From Mogibacterium sp. (GTDB lineage: Bacteria; Bacillota; Clostridia; Peptostreptococcales; Anaerovoracaceae), in NCBI GenBank assembly GCA_012840975.1, contig DUVP01000031.1, positions 5,432-69,431 on the forward strand: a DNA stretch of 64,000 nt, given 5' to 3'. The notes under the pieces are model-generated. The model was not told the origin of the DNA. It did not search any database and saw only the letters and a list, made by a program, of their open reading frames with translations. The position numbers and the translations under genes were made by a program. Below, piece after piece: positions 38,174 through 49,207 of this stretch (positions are counted from its first letter, which is position 1; each line of letters begins with the position of its first letter).

Positions 38174-39468
38174 TATTTGTCCTCTTCTTCAGTTATTACA
38201 ACTTCAAGCTTTTCAATTCTTCTGCCTTTTACTTCAAGTATTGTAAAATCAAAGTTTTCATAACGGATAGGTTTATACCTGATATTCTCTCGGGGAATCT
38301 CACCCATCAAATCAATAAGAAATCCGCCTACAGTTTCACTTGAATCGGACTCGAGAGATATACCGGTTTCTTCTTCGAGATCATCAAGATAAACATTTCC
38401 ATCAACAAGATATTTATCATCACCGATTTTCTCGATAATCCGTCCTTTTTCATCAAACTCATCATCTATATCACCGACAATCTGTTCAATTATATCCTCA
38501 ACCGAAACGATTCCGCTGAAACCTCCATATTCATCTATTAGAATAGCAAGATGTTGATTTTCTCTTTGAAGCTCCATGAAGAGTGAATCTATATTTTTGG
38601 TTTCAGGAACAAAATATGCAGGTCTCAGGAGTTGTCGTATTTCTACAACATCAAATCCAAGACTGACTGCACTCCTAAGGTAGTCTTTTATATGAAGAAT
38701 ACCTACTATATTATCCGGATCTCCATCATATATCGGAATTCTGGAATATTTAAGCTCCATTAATTCCTCAAGGTATTCTTCCCTGTCATCCTGTATATCA
38801 AACATAAATACATCGGTTCGTGGAGTCATTATTTCGTATGCAAGAAGATCGTCAAACTCGAATATGGAATATATCATCTTACGACCCTCTTCTTTAATTT
38901 CCCCTGTCTCCTGCCCTCTATCAAGCAAAGACATTACCTTCTCTTCAGAAAAGTAAATATCATCAACATCAGTTTCTTTACCTAATATTTTGAGTACTAT
39001 ATCAGCAATTCCTTTACAGATTGAAACGATAGGTAAAGTCAGAAGATAGATGAACCTTTGATACTTTATAAGATTGGTTCTGTTTCTTTCACTGCTTTGT
39101 GCTGCAAGTTTTTTAGGCAGAATATCTGAAAGTGCAGTGTAGACAATATAAAATCCTAAGTTTGCAGCAAAGATTAAAGGAGTACTTTTAAGCTCTCTTT
39201 GTATCCATAAATTAAATAAAGTAAAGCTGACCAACAGGTATATTATACTCATAGCATGATCAGCATAATGAAACTTAGAGGGCTTTTCAAGAAATGCATT
39301 TGCTGCAAGTATTATCGGATTTTCCGGATCATCCTCTATACTGTCTTTAACGAACTTTCGATCCATATAATCGAGAAATCTTTTACTTGCGACCGTAAGA
39401 GCATTGACGATCATAATAATTAGAATTAGTACAATATATAAATAACTGGGCCAACTGTCGCTTGACAT
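38173..39468 (-). CDS. CNNM/HlyC-CorC family transporter (DUF21 membrane domain, CBS pair, CorC_HlyC domain)
   Basis: N-terminal TM region, CBS region MTPRTDV...IPIYDGDPDNIVGILHIKD, and C-terminal DEYGGFSGIVSVEDIIEQIVGDI. Confidence 0.88.
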   Translation of the reverse strand: MSSDSWPSYLYIVLILIIMIVNALTVASKRFLDYMDRKFVKDSIEDDPENPIILAANAFLEKPSKFHYADHAMSIIYLLVSFTLFNLWIQRELKSTPLIFAANLGFYIVYTALSDILPKKLAAQSSERNRTNLIKYQRFIYLLTLPIVSICKGIADIVLKILGKETDVDDIYFSEEKVMSLLDRGQETGEIKEEGRKMIYSIFEFDDLLAYEIMTPRTDVFMFDIQDDREEYLEELMELKYSRIPIYDGDPDNIVGILHIKDYLRSAVSLGFDVVEIRQLLRPAYFVPETKNIDSLFMELQRENQHLAILIDEYGGFSGIVSVEDIIEQIVGDIDDEFDEKGRIIEKIGDDKYLVDGNVYLDDLEEETGISLESDSSETVGGFLIDLMGEIPRENIRYKPIRYENFDFTILEVKGRRIEKLEVVITEEEDK

Positions 39469-39509
39469 AATAAATCACCTCTTATAAAAATTTACAGTTA
39501 TAGCTTATG

Positions 39510-40736
39510 TTATTTCTTTTTTCTTAAAATAAAGTCGATTCCGGGCTGTTTTTTAAATTTAATTTTCAATATCTGTTGCGGATGAGGAGCAGTTTCTACA
39601 GCTTCTCCATCTTCATTATACATTGATTCAATAACTTCTTCATAATATTCTGTATATGGACCAAAGATTTCTATCGTATCTCCAACGGAAAACTTATTTC
39701 TCTGCTCGACAATAGTATAACCGGTAACTTCATCAAAGCCCTTAACAAGACCTACAAAAGAGTAGTCCCTTGTATAATCACTGGTCAGATAGTTCTGGTC
39801 TCTGTCTGTAGGTTTATTGTAGTAAAAACCCTGGGTAAATTCTCTGTGACTTGCCTTGCAGAGCTCTTTATAGTGATTCTCATTGAATTTATAGCCATCC
39901 GGATTGTTCAGATAATCATCGAGAGCCGATCTGTAAGCAGAAACAACAGTTGCAACATAATACATGCTTTTCATCCTACCTTCTATCTTGAGAGAAGTGA
40001 TTCCCGCATCAATAATATCCGGTATAGCATGTATCATACATAAGTCTCTGGAATTCAAAATATAACTGCCTCTTGTATCTTCTTCAATCGGATAATATTC
40101 TCCGGGTCTTTTTTCTTCAAGAAGTGCATACTTCCATCTGCATGGATGGGTACAGGCACCTTGATTAGCATCTCTGCCAACCATAAAATTGCTTAGAAGA
40201 CATCTTCCGGAATATGAAATACACATTGCTCCATGAACAAAGGCTTCGATTTCTACATTTTCAGGAAGGTGTTTTTTCATTTCTTTTATTTCACACAGGC
40301 TCATTTCCCTTGCTGTAATTATACGGGTTACACCTTGTTCACACCAGAATCCGGCAGTAAGATAGTTTGTAGTATTTGCCTGTGTAGAAAGATGAAGTTC
40401 AGCTTCGGGAAGTTCCTGTTTTATAAGGCTTATAACTCCCGGATCTGAAACAATAAATGCATCTATAGGTATTTCCCTGAGTTTATGAATATACTCTCTT
40501 AAAACAGGAATATCGTCGTTATGAGGGTATATATTTATAGTCATATAGCCCTTACGGTCGTGCTTATGAAGAAAATCCATTGCGAAATTTATTTCATCTA
40601 TTGAAAGATTGCCTGCACCGGATCTTAGGCTAAATAGTTCTCCTCCGAAATATACGGCATCGGCACCATATATTACAGCGGTCTTCAGTTTTTCTAAATC
40701 TCCTGCAGGAGCAAGAAGTTCAATCTTTTCTTTCAT
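39510..40736 (-). CDS. Peptidase U32 family protein (TrhP-type tRNA 5-hydroxyuridine synthesis factor)
   Basis: ELLAPAGDLEKLKTAVIYGADAVYFGG, EAFVHGAMCISYSGRCLLS and LKIEGRMKS. Confidence 0.88.
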   Translation of the reverse strand: MKEKIELLAPAGDLEKLKTAVIYGADAVYFGGELFSLRSGAGNLSIDEINFAMDFLHKHDRKGYMTINIYPHNDDIPVLREYIHKLREIPIDAFIVSDPGVISLIKQELPEAELHLSTQANTTNYLTAGFWCEQGVTRIITAREMSLCEIKEMKKHLPENVEIEAFVHGAMCISYSGRCLLSNFMVGRDANQGACTHPCRWKYALLEEKRPGEYYPIEEDTRGSYILNSRDLCMIHAIPDIIDAGITSLKIEGRMKSMYYVATVVSAYRSALDDYLNNPDGYKFNENHYKELCKASHREFTQGFYYNKPTDRDQNYLTSDYTRDYSFVGLVKGFDEVTGYTIVEQRNKFSVGDTIEIFGPYTEYYEEVIESMYNEDGEAVETAPHPQQILKIKFKKQPGIDFILRKKK

Positions 40737-41403
40737 TATTAAGTCTTATTATCGCAAGACCGTCACCGCTGCTTAAAAGCGAAACGGTAAGGTCTGCCCT
40801 TTCTTTAATATATTCGATAAATTTTTTCATGTATTTAATATTAGTTCTATGTCTTTTAAATCCTTCAAAAGAACTGTCTACGATCCATCCATGCATTAAA
40901 ATATTATCACAAACAATTATAGCGCCGGGATTGCAAAGTTTTTCAGCTTTATCAAAAAACTCTTTGTAATGGCTTTTTCCTGCATCTATAAATACAAAGT
41001 CATAAAAACAAGGTGAGGTTTTAATTGCATTTTCTTGGATCATTTGATCAAGAATTTCAGTTGCATCGCCTGTACGAAAATCAATTCTTTCTCCACCTTG
41101 AAAGTTTTCAAAATTAGCGGAAGCTACCTGTATCATCTTCTGGCTACGCTCTATTGTAGTTATTTTTGATTCAGGTAGACTCCTAGCAAAAAAAAGGGCT
41201 GAATATCCATAAGCAGTCCCGATTTCAAGTATTTGTCCGGGGCGGATCAGTGAAAGAATAAGTGAGAGAAAGCTTTCTGTTTCTTTCAATATAATGGGTA
41301 TTCCCTTTTCCTCATTCTCTTTGCGTAATTCATCCAATTTTTCATCAAGAGGCTTATAATAGCTTTCGATAAAAGCAGTAACTTGTTCATTGAAAGTGCT
41401 CAT
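40720..41403 (-). CDS. trmR: Class I SAM-dependent O-methyltransferase (YrrM/TrmR-like, tRNA mo5U pathway)
   Basis: ILEIGTAYGYSALFFA, DFVFIDAGK and the caffeoyl-CoA-OMT-like fold. Conserved mltG-yrrM-yrrN/O neighbourhood. Confidence 0.75.
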   Translation of the reverse strand: MSTFNEQVTAFIESYYKPLDEKLDELRKENEEKGIPIILKETESFLSLILSLIRPGQILEIGTAYGYSALFFARSLPESKITTIERSQKMIQVASANFENFQGGERIDFRTGDATEILDQMIQENAIKTSPCFYDFVFIDAGKSHYKEFFDKAEKLCNPGAIIVCDNILMHGWIVDSSFEGFKRHRTNIKYMKKFIEYIKERADLTVSLLSSGDGLAIIRLNNERKD

Positions 41404-42444
41404 TTATTGAGGTTCCTTTTTATTCTCTTTTAATGTCTGTCGCTCATCTCTTGCTTTCTCATACAATTCTTTGAGGTTTTGATACTCTGATAATGAAGAT
41501 GTAAATACATGTGTTCCGTCCAGTTTATCGCTAAGGACATAATATAAATATTCGTTCTCTTCCGGATAAAGAGCAGCCTTAATTGAATCCTTCCCCGGAG
41601 AACAAAGAGGAACAGTCGGTAAAGGTTCGCCGATTCCGATATTTCGTCTATTGTGAATAACAGCGGAAATTTTAGGTTTTTCCTTTTTATTAGATGTGTT
41701 TTTTTCAATGATAGAGGCTATTACAACAACTTCACGTGTTGTAAGATTAAGCTCTTCTTCCCTTGCGATATAGTAATCATTGTAGAAAACATCAAACTGG
41801 TTAAGCATTGCAGTTATAAGCATTACTTCATCAGCTTCATCAATTACTTTATAATGATCAGGAAGCAGAAAACCTTCTATCTTCTTTGTACCCTGTAATC
41901 CTTTTGAGTTTTTTATAAAGTGAAAATAACTGAAATCCGATGATGATGCGGCCTTCAGAAACTTTTTTTCATCAATAAACCCGGATTGACCGAGAGATTT
42001 TGCAAGCTGCTCGACCGTATAACCTTCAGGGATTGTAAAACCGTCAGTATGAGTAATACCATTGCTCAATATATTGGCTATTTCTATTGAATCCATTGAA
42101 GGTGAAAGAAAATACACTCCGGGTTTGAACTTTGAATTCATCATAATTTTTGCTAAAAATGAAAAAACGGAAGCATTATCGACAATTTCTTTTTTCTCAA
42201 GTTTTTGTGCGATATCATAAAGTTTTTCACCCTCTTGTACTTCAAAAGTAACATGGGTTCTCTTTGTTCTGTCATAAGGCATTGCCATAAAATTTACGGA
42301 TACAAAAACAGCAGAAATAATAATGAGTATTAAAACTATAATAATAAGCGGCTTTTTTAATTTTTCTTTTCTGCTTTTATTTTTAGTTATAACTCCGTTG
42401 TTGACATTATTAATTAAAGACGAATCTTTATTTTGATCTTCCAA
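41404..42444 (-). CDS. mltG: Endolytic murein transglycosylase MltG (YceG-like)
   Basis: N-terminal TM, a LysM-like region, EGFLLPDHY and ITAMLNQF...ASIIEKN motifs. Confidence 0.9.
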   Translation of the reverse strand: MEDQNKDSSLINNVNNGVITKNKSRKEKLKKPLIIIVLILIIISAVFVSVNFMAMPYDRTKRTHVTFEVQEGEKLYDIAQKLEKKEIVDNASVFSFLAKIMMNSKFKPGVYFLSPSMDSIEIANILSNGITHTDGFTIPEGYTVEQLAKSLGQSGFIDEKKFLKAASSSDFSYFHFIKNSKGLQGTKKIEGFLLPDHYKVIDEADEVMLITAMLNQFDVFYNDYYIAREEELNLTTREVVVIASIIEKNTSNKKEKPKISAVIHNRRNIGIGEPLPTVPLCSPGKDSIKAALYPEENEYLYYVLSDKLDGTHVFTSSLSEYQNLKELYEKARDERQTLKENKKEPQ

Positions 42445-42988
42445 GATATTCTCCCGATCTTGTATCGATTTGTATTAGCTCACCCTCGTTAATGAATATC
42501 GGAACCTGCACGACAGCACCGGTTTCAACTGTTGCCGATTTGGTCACATTAGTAGCCGTATCACCTTTGATTCCGGGCTCAGTTTCAATGACTTTTAAAT
42601 CAACAAAATTCGGAGCCTCTACATCGAAGGCATTACCTTTATAAAACTTAACTGTAGCTGTGTCATTTTCTCGAATGTACTTAATTGCATCCTGAACAAG
42701 TTCAGCGGTTAGAGGGACTTGATCATAAGTGTTTTCATCCATGAAGTAATACAGTTCCCCATCATTATAAAGGTATTGCATTTGCCTGGTTTCTATAAGG
42801 GCTTTAGGAAATTTATCATTAGGATTGAAAGCTTCTTCCCTTGTTGCTCCGGTAAGAATATTTCTGTACTTTGTTCTTACAAAAGCGGCGCCTTTTCCGG
42901 GTTTTACATGTTGAAAGTCGATAACTACATGTGGTTCACCATTCATCTCAAAAGTTATACCTTTCCTGAAATCACTTGCATAAATCAT
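42428..42988 (-). CDS. efp: Elongation factor P
   Basis: [43 protein letters not shown]...[15 protein letters not shown]. Confidence 0.98.
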   Translation of the reverse strand: MIYASDFRKGITFEMNGEPHVVIDFQHVKPGKGAAFVRTKYRNILTGATREEAFNPNDKFPKALIETRQMQYLYNDGELYYFMDENTYDQVPLTAELVQDAIKYIRENDTATVKFYKGNAFDVEAPNFVDLKVIETEPGIKGDTATNVTKSATVETGAVVQVPIFINEGELIQIDTRSGEYLGRSK

Positions 42989-43030
42989 TTCTTTACCTCA
43001 CTTTTATTTAAAATTTGAATTGTTTTTAAT

Positions 43031-43360
43031 CTAACGCATACCGACAGCATCGCCGATAATCTGAAAAACATCATTCATCATGAGAGAAAAAGTAGCTTCA
43101 GCTTTCATATATTCAGCTGCAAGAGGCTTAGTTGCGAGCATGGTTCCTAAACTTTGTATTTGAGAAATAAGAGCTTCATCTACTTCTTGTCCCTGAATTT
43201 GAGAAGTTTGAATTTCTAGCTGAAGTTTTTGCATGTCTCTCAGCATTTCAGAAACCTGTTCATCCTTCTCTATCTCTCCTCTCATTCTGTCAAACTCTAA
43301 AAACTCGTTTGAATTTTTAATTGCATGAGCAAGATTATGAGCTTCATCGTAAACGTTCAT
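43031..43360 (-). CDS. YlbF/YmcA family (UPF0342) regulatory protein
   Basis: MNVYDEAHNLAHAIKNSNEFLEF....Q is typical of the family. 109 aa. Confidence 0.75.
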   Translation of the reverse strand: MNVYDEAHNLAHAIKNSNEFLEFDRMRGEIEKDEQVSEMLRDMQKLQLEIQTSQIQGQEVDEALISQIQSLGTMLATKPLAAEYMKAEATFSLMMNDVFQIIGDAVGMR

Positions 43361-43369
43361 TTTTTCCTC

Positions 43370-45139
43370 CTAAATATATAAAATAAGTGGTAATATCATC
43401 GGATTTCTTTTGGTTTGTTTATATATAAAACTTTTAACATCATCTCGTATAGCTTTACTGAGAGATGCTTCATCTTTAATCTTATTTTCCATACAGTATC
43501 CAAGAGTATTATATACTATATTAATAGCTTCATTTATAAGATCCTGATGCTCCTGGACATATACAAATCCTCTGGTTTTAAGTTCCGGTCTTGACATAAG
43601 CGACCCGGTAGACGCGTCTATGGCAACGGCAATCGTAATAAGACCGGATTGTGATAAAGTTTTCCTGTCTTTGAGAACAATATTCCCCACATCGCCTATT
43701 CCGTATCCGTCAACCATAACACCTTCACCTGATGTAAACCCCGGAACTTTAGTTGCAGTTTTACCGGTAACATTAAGAGCATCTCCATTGCTCAAAATGA
43801 ATATATTATCCTTAGGCTGTCCTAGTGAATGTGCGATCTCAGCATGTTCGATAAGATGTCTGTATTCACCGTGTGCAGGTATAAAGAATCTGGGGCGAAT
43901 CAATGTGTGTATAAGTTTAAGTTCCTCTGATGAAGCATGGCCGGAAACATGAACATCTATCATTGAGGCAAGAACAACCTCTACATTTTTTTCATAAAGT
44001 TTATTAATAACCTGAGAAATCACTTTCTCATTTCCCGGTATAGGTGATGATGAAAATACGACCATATCATTTTTTTTGAGTCTGACAGAACGATGATTGT
44101 TATTCGCCATTCTTGTTAGTGCGGACATCGGTTCACCCTGGCTTCCCGTAGTGATTATTGTAAGATTTTTATCTTCGATACTCCGTATATCGGCAATATT
44201 TACAAATATAGAATCAGGAATATTGTCAAGATAGCCAAGATTTTTTGCAAGGGATAAGACATTCTCCATAGAGCGTCCGGAAATAGCTATTCTTCTCTGG
44301 TGTTTCATCGAAGATTCAATAAAATATTTAATTCTGTGAACATTAGAAGAAAAAGTAGCAATGATTATTCTTTTATCTGTTTTGTTGAATATATCGTCTA
44401 TCGATTGCCTTACAACAGCTTCGGACGGTGTATATCCTTCTTTAGTCGCATTAGTGCTATCGCATAGCAGAAGATCAACTCCTTCATCACCAAGTCTGGA
44501 TAGACGATTTAAGTCAATTACTTTTCCATCAAGAGGTGAATAATCAACTTTGAAATCTCCGGTATGAACTACATGACCGCCAGGAAATTTAATGGAAAAA
44601 GCCAATGCATCTGCAATACTGTGATTAATCTGTATTGCTTCAACTTCAAATTTTCCAACTTTAAATATATCTTTCGGCCTGATAACATGTCTTTCCGGAT
44701 TCAGGTTATGCTCATCAAGCTTGTGATCTATAAGACCCATTGCAAGAGGCGATGCGTATATCGGAACATTAATTTCCTTAATAAAATAAGGTATTCCCCC
44801 TATATGGTCTTCATGTCCATGTGTAATGATAACACCGCGTATTTTTTTAATATTTTCCTTTAGGTACGTAAAATCAGGTATTACAATATCTATACCAAAC
44901 ATTTCATATTCAGGAAAAGCAAAACCGCAATCGATAACAAGTATATCGTTACCCGACTCTATTATCGTACAATTCTTGCCAATTTCCTTAAGTCCGCCTA
45001 GAGGTATAATTTTATAAGGCTGAATCGGGACTTTTGGTTTTCTAGGGAAAAAAGATCTCTTATCGGTATTCTTTTTTGTTTTCCTGTTGTTTTGATTTTT
45101 TTTGCTTTCATTTTTTTTATTTAAATTGTTTGTTGTCAT
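43370..45139 (-). CDS. rnj: Ribonuclease J (beta-CASP metallo-beta-lactamase) with a Lys/Asn-rich N-terminal extension of about 40 aa
   Basis: IIPLGGLKEIGKNCTIIE, ITHGHEDHIGG, CDSTNA and VSGHASSEEL. Confidence 0.95.
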   Translation of the reverse strand: MTTNNLNKKNESKKNQNNRKTKKNTDKRSFFPRKPKVPIQPYKIIPLGGLKEIGKNCTIIESGNDILVIDCGFAFPEYEMFGIDIVIPDFTYLKENIKKIRGVIITHGHEDHIGGIPYFIKEINVPIYASPLAMGLIDHKLDEHNLNPERHVIRPKDIFKVGKFEVEAIQINHSIADALAFSIKFPGGHVVHTGDFKVDYSPLDGKVIDLNRLSRLGDEGVDLLLCDSTNATKEGYTPSEAVVRQSIDDIFNKTDKRIIIATFSSNVHRIKYFIESSMKHQRRIAISGRSMENVLSLAKNLGYLDNIPDSIFVNIADIRSIEDKNLTIITTGSQGEPMSALTRMANNNHRSVRLKKNDMVVFSSSPIPGNEKVISQVINKLYEKNVEVVLASMIDVHVSGHASSEELKLIHTLIRPRFFIPAHGEYRHLIEHAEIAHSLGQPKDNIFILSNGDALNVTGKTATKVPGFTSGEGVMVDGYGIGDVGNIVLKDRKTLSQSGLITIAVAIDASTGSLMSRPELKTRGFVYVQEHQDLINEAINIVYNTLGYCMENKIKDEASLSKAIRDDVKSFIYKQTKRNPMILPLILYI

Positions 45140-45154
45140 TTAATTTCAGAACCG

Positions 45155-47656
45155 CTATTTGACTACAAAATTTATAATTCTGTTAGGCACAAAAATCGTC
45201 TTGATAATTTCTTTATCACTGAGAGCTGCCTGTATTTTCTTTAGTTCTTTAGCGGCCTTTTCTGCAACCTCCTTTTCGGTATTGTTTGGAAGAGTTATTT
45301 TATCTTTGAGTTTTCCGTTTATCTGTATTATGACTTCTACTTCATCTTTAATTAGAGCCTTGGTATCATATTCAGGCCATTTCGAGGCATAAAGCCTGTC
45401 TTTATGACCAAGCATCTGCCAAAGTTCTTCAGTAATATGAGGAGTAAACGGATTGAGGACTGTCAGTAAAATCTCAATCGCCTTGTTGAACAAAGGTGTG
45501 TTTATTTCCTCATTTTGCATGTATCTGTACATCTCATTAACAAGCTCCATAATAGATGCAACCGCTGTATTGAAGTTAAAGCGCCCTCCGGCATCTTCAG
45601 TTACCTTTTTAATGGTAGCATTTATCATATAATTGAGGTGTCTGTCCGCAGAATTTACTATCTCAATCTTGTCAAGATTCCTTTTCTCTCCTCTTATGTT
45701 TTTAATATACTCCATAACAAGTCTATATACCCTGTTAAGGAATCTGTAGCTGCCTTCAACACCTGCATCAGACCACTCCAGTTCTTTTTCAGGCGGTGCT
45801 GTAAAAAGAATAAATAATCTGGCAGTATCTGCACCGTATTTATTTTGAATTTCAGCAGGACTTACAACATTACCAAGGGATTTTGACATTTTTGCAACAG
45901 TGTAATTATTCTTTGAATCGTAATAACCCTTTGTTACCATTCCCTGAGTAAGAAGATTCCTGAAAGGCTCATCATAGTCGCACAGATTTATATCATTTAA
46001 AAACATCTGAAAAAATCGAGAATACATCAGATGCAATATCGCATGCTCAACGCCGCCTATATACTGATCTACATTCATCCAGTAATTTACTTTCTTAGTG
46101 TCAAAGGCGGAATTATCATTTTTTGCATCTGTGTATCTAAGGAAATACCAAGATGAATCCAGAAAAGTATCCATAGTATCGATTTCCCTCTCAGCAGGCT
46201 TTCCGCATTTAGGGCATGGACAATTTCTGAAGCTTTTGGATGTAGCAAGCGGAGACGTGCCCTTGCCCGTGAATTGAACATCAGTAGGCAATAGTACAGG
46301 AAGATTTTCATCTTTCTCAGGTACCCATCCGCAATCTTCACAATAAACCATAGGGATAGGTGTTCCCCAATATCTCTGACGGCTTATAAGCCAGTCGCGA
46401 AGTTTGTAGTTAATAGTTTTATGTGCAAAACCTTTTGCTTCCAAATCATCTGATATGGCTATAATAGCGTCTTTGTTATTCATCCCTGTGTATTTTCCGG
46501 AGTTGATCATGATACCTTCAGCTGAAGCAGCTTCAGTAAGATGATCGACATCAACACCTTCTACGGCTACTACAGGAAGAATTTCAAGATCAAATTCCTT
46601 TGCAAATTCGAAGTCTCTCTGGTCATGTGCCGGTACTGCCATAATTGCACCTGTACCATAATCCAGCATTACATAGTCAGATATATATATAGGAATCTTG
46701 TCTCCGTTTACAGGATTAACAGCATATTTTCCTATAAATTCCCCTGTCTTGTCTTTGGTTAACGATGTACGTTCAAGTTCAGATTTGTGAGAACATTCCT
46801 CAATATAAGCATTAACGGCAGACTCATATTTTGTACCTTTTGTAAACTCTGTGACATAAGGGTGTTCGGGTGCAAGAACCATATATGTTACACCGAACAA
46901 TGTATCAGGGCGGGTTGTATACACAATAAGATCTTTATCTTCCCCATCTATTGGAAATTTGACATCAACACCTTCGGATTTTCCGATCCAGTTCTTCTGC
47001 ATGGCCTTAACTTTTTCCGGCCAGCCATCAAGGCGATCAAGGTTATCCAGCAACTGATCTGCATAGTCAGTGATTTTGAGATACCATTGACTCAAATATT
47101 TCTTGATAACAGGTGTATCGCATCTTTCACAACAGCCTTCTACAACTTGTTCATTTGCTAGGACAGTTTGACAGTCAGGACACCAGTTTACCGGATTATC
47201 TTTTTTATAAGCCAGTCCGTTCTTAAAAAATTGAATGAAAATCCATTGCGTCCATTTGTAATAGTCAGGGTCGCATGCTGAAACTTCCCTCTCCCAATCA
47301 TAGCTGATTCCAAGAGAATCGAGCTGCTTTTTCATTTCATTAATATTATTGTTAGTCCACTCAACAGGATGTGCCCCGTGTTTTATAGCGGCATTTTCCG
47401 CAGGGAGTCCGAAAGAATCCCATCCCATTGGATGAAGGACATTAAAGCCTGACATTTTCTTAAATCTTGAGATTACATCCCCTATTGAATAGTTTCTTAC
47501 ATGACCCATATGTAAGTTTCCGGATGGATAAGGGTACATCTCAAGGACGTAAAATTTCTCTTTACTGTAGTCTTCTTCCGTTTTGAAGGCTTCTTCATCC
47601 TTCCAAATATCCTGCCATTTTTTTTCTATAGACTTAAAATCATATCTGTCCTGCAT
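45155..47656 (-). CDS. leuS: Leucine--tRNA ligase
   Basis: [17 protein letters not shown] (HIGH) and [10 protein letters not shown] (KMSKS). ATG 47656 follows AAGGAG. The upstream start at 47707 in the ORF track is rejected. Confidence 0.98.
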   Translation of the reverse strand: MQDRYDFKSIEKKWQDIWKDEEAFKTEEDYSKEKFYVLEMYPYPSGNLHMGHVRNYSIGDVISRFKKMSGFNVLHPMGWDSFGLPAENAAIKHGAHPVEWTNNNINEMKKQLDSLGISYDWEREVSACDPDYYKWTQWIFIQFFKNGLAYKKDNPVNWCPDCQTVLANEQVVEGCCERCDTPVIKKYLSQWYLKITDYADQLLDNLDRLDGWPEKVKAMQKNWIGKSEGVDVKFPIDGEDKDLIVYTTRPDTLFGVTYMVLAPEHPYVTEFTKGTKYESAVNAYIEECSHKSELERTSLTKDKTGEFIGKYAVNPVNGDKIPIYISDYVMLDYGTGAIMAVPAHDQRDFEFAKEFDLEILPVVAVEGVDVDHLTEAASAEGIMINSGKYTGMNNKDAIIAISDDLEAKGFAHKTINYKLRDWLISRQRYWGTPIPMVYCEDCGWVPEKDENLPVLLPTDVQFTGKGTSPLATSKSFRNCPCPKCGKPAEREIDTMDTFLDSSWYFLRYTDAKNDNSAFDTKKVNYWMNVDQYIGGVEHAILHLMYSRFFQMFLNDINLCDYDEPFRNLLTQGMVTKGYYDSKNNYTVAKMSKSLGNVVSPAEIQNKYGADTARLFILFTAPPEKELEWSDAGVEGSYRFLNRVYRLVMEYIKNIRGEKRNLDKIEIVNSADRHLNYMINATIKKVTEDAGGRFNFNTAVASIMELVNEMYRYMQNEEINTPLFNKAIEILLTVLNPFTPHITEELWQMLGHKDRLYASKWPEYDTKALIKDEVEVIIQINGKLKDKITLPNNTEKEVAEKAAKELKKIQAALSDKEIIKTIFVPNRIINFVVK

Positions 47657-47673
47657 TTTCGTACACTCCTTAT

Positions 47674-48015
47674 CTATTCGAATATTGTTATATTGCAATC
47701 GCTCCAAAGCTTATCAAGAGAATATTTTTCTCTTATATCTATATAAAAGAGGTTAACTATAACGTCTCCTCCGTCTATCAGTATCCAGCCTGATTCAGGG
47801 CGTCCTTCCTTTCCTCTAGGATTATAACCTTCCAGAAAAAGAATGTTCTCTGCTTCTTCTGCCAGAGCATTCAGTTGTCTTTCAGAAGAGACGGACGCGT
47901 TTACAAAAAAATCTGCAAAAGATGATTTTTCTGAAATATCTATCATAACTATATCCAAAGCCTTTTTCTTGCTAAGCATTTCGGCAATTTTAAGAGCGGT
48001 CTCTTTGTTTTTCAT
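47674..48015 (-). CDS. rsfS: Ribosomal silencing factor RsfS (iojap)
   Basis: [38 protein letters not shown]...[14 protein letters not shown]. Confidence 0.93.
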   Translation of the reverse strand: MKNKETALKIAEMLSKKKALDIVMIDISEKSSFADFFVNASVSSERQLNALAEEAENILFLEGYNPRGKEGRPESGWILIDGGDVIVNLFYIDIREKYSLDKLWSDCNITIFE

Positions 48016-48628
48016 GTTTTTCTCCAGTCTTTTCTTTTATAAATTCTCTTGCCTTGATAGTATCTTGGTCAATTTCTTTGCCTTTATCCTTTAACATCTG
48101 TATAGCAAAGTTAATGATCTCAAAACAGGCTGAATCAAGGTCTGAATATGCTGTTTGCTGCAATTCCGTAAGTTCGGGATAATTTCTGTTTTCCTCTATC
48201 GCATCGGCAACATAAACAATTTCTTCAAGGAGAGACATTCCGTCTCTTCCGGTAGTATGGCTTCTTACCGCATTAAGAATATCTACATCAGTAACACTAA
48301 ATTCATGCAAAAGAATTTCTGCTGCTATTTTTGAATGTGATAAAGCCGTGTTGTTGAGATATTTATTCGGAAGTCCATATTTTTTGATATACTCATTAGC
48401 TTCTTCTGCGGAGAAGCATTTTGCAATATCATGGTATCTTCCGGCAAATTCCGCTTTATCCGGATTTGCTCCATGAATTCTTGCGAGCTTACCTGCCATT
48501 TTTTCAACACCGAGGGAATGTATATACCGTTCGGGTGTAAGGCTGTTTTTTAAATATTCTTCAAGAGCTTTTTTATTATTGGTAAAGTTTATTATCAAAT
48601 ATATATTCCTCAACTTTAGGATGAACAA
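47990..48628 (-). CDS. yqeK: HD-domain bis(5'-nucleosyl)-tetraphosphatase YqeK
   Basis: RYIHSLGVEKMA...RYHDIAK...HSKIAA...HTTG. The start is uncertain: ATG 48628 overlaps nadD by 53 nt, and a TTG at 48598 is plausible. Confidence 0.85.
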   Translation of the reverse strand: MFILKLRNIYLIINFTNNKKALEEYLKNSLTPERYIHSLGVEKMAGKLARIHGANPDKAEFAGRYHDIAKCFSAEEANEYIKKYGLPNKYLNNTALSHSKIAAEILLHEFSVTDVDILNAVRSHTTGRDGMSLLEEIVYVADAIEENRNYPELTELQQTAYSDLDSACFEIINFAIQMLKDKGKEIDQDTIKAREFIKEKTGEKHEKQRDRS

Positions 48629-49184
48629 GACCTTTAATGCTATATCCGTTTAAGATGCGGCGTCTTATATCTGTTGCGGATATATCCAAAGGAGGCATAT
48701 CTAATACATTAATTTCCGCATTATATTTCTCCCTGAAGTATTCAATCTTACTTATAACATCATTTTTTACAGTTCCGGGACGGTATCCTGTCAACAGTGG
48801 AAATTTTATAAGTATGTCGGTTCCCCTATGCCAGGATTCGATTTCCATTAAAGAATCAAATCCGAGGAGAAAATATAGCTTGTTATAATCTAAATCATCA
48901 AAATACTCAAGTGTGTTTATAGTGTATGAAGGTGACTTTAATGTAAATTCATAATCAGATACACGAAAAGCCGGATTAAAATTTAATATTTTCGTAATCA
49001 TATTGTATCTGTTTTCACCGGATGAAGTAGGTGTATCCTGCTTAAAAGGAGATATATATGCAGGCATAAATATTAATTCATCAAGTCCGATTTCTTTAAC
49101 AGCTATATCGGCAAGGATTATATGAGCCATATGAACAGGGTCAAAAGTTCCTCCATAGATTGCATACTTTTTCTTAGATAACAT
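48576..49184 (-). CDS. nadD: Nicotinate-nucleotide adenylyltransferase
   Basis: YGGTFDPVHMAHI, PPLDISATDIR. Confidence 0.95.
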   Translation of the reverse strand: MLSKKKYAIYGGTFDPVHMAHIILADIAVKEIGLDELIFMPAYISPFKQDTPTSSGENRYNMITKILNFNPAFRVSDYEFTLKSPSYTINTLEYFDDLDYNKLYFLLGFDSLMEIESWHRGTDILIKFPLLTGYRPGTVKNDVISKIEYFREKYNAEINVLDMPPLDISATDIRRRILNGYSIKGLVHPKVEEYIFDNKLYQ

Positions 49185-49207
49185 ATATCTTATTCCTTTA
49201 AAATATA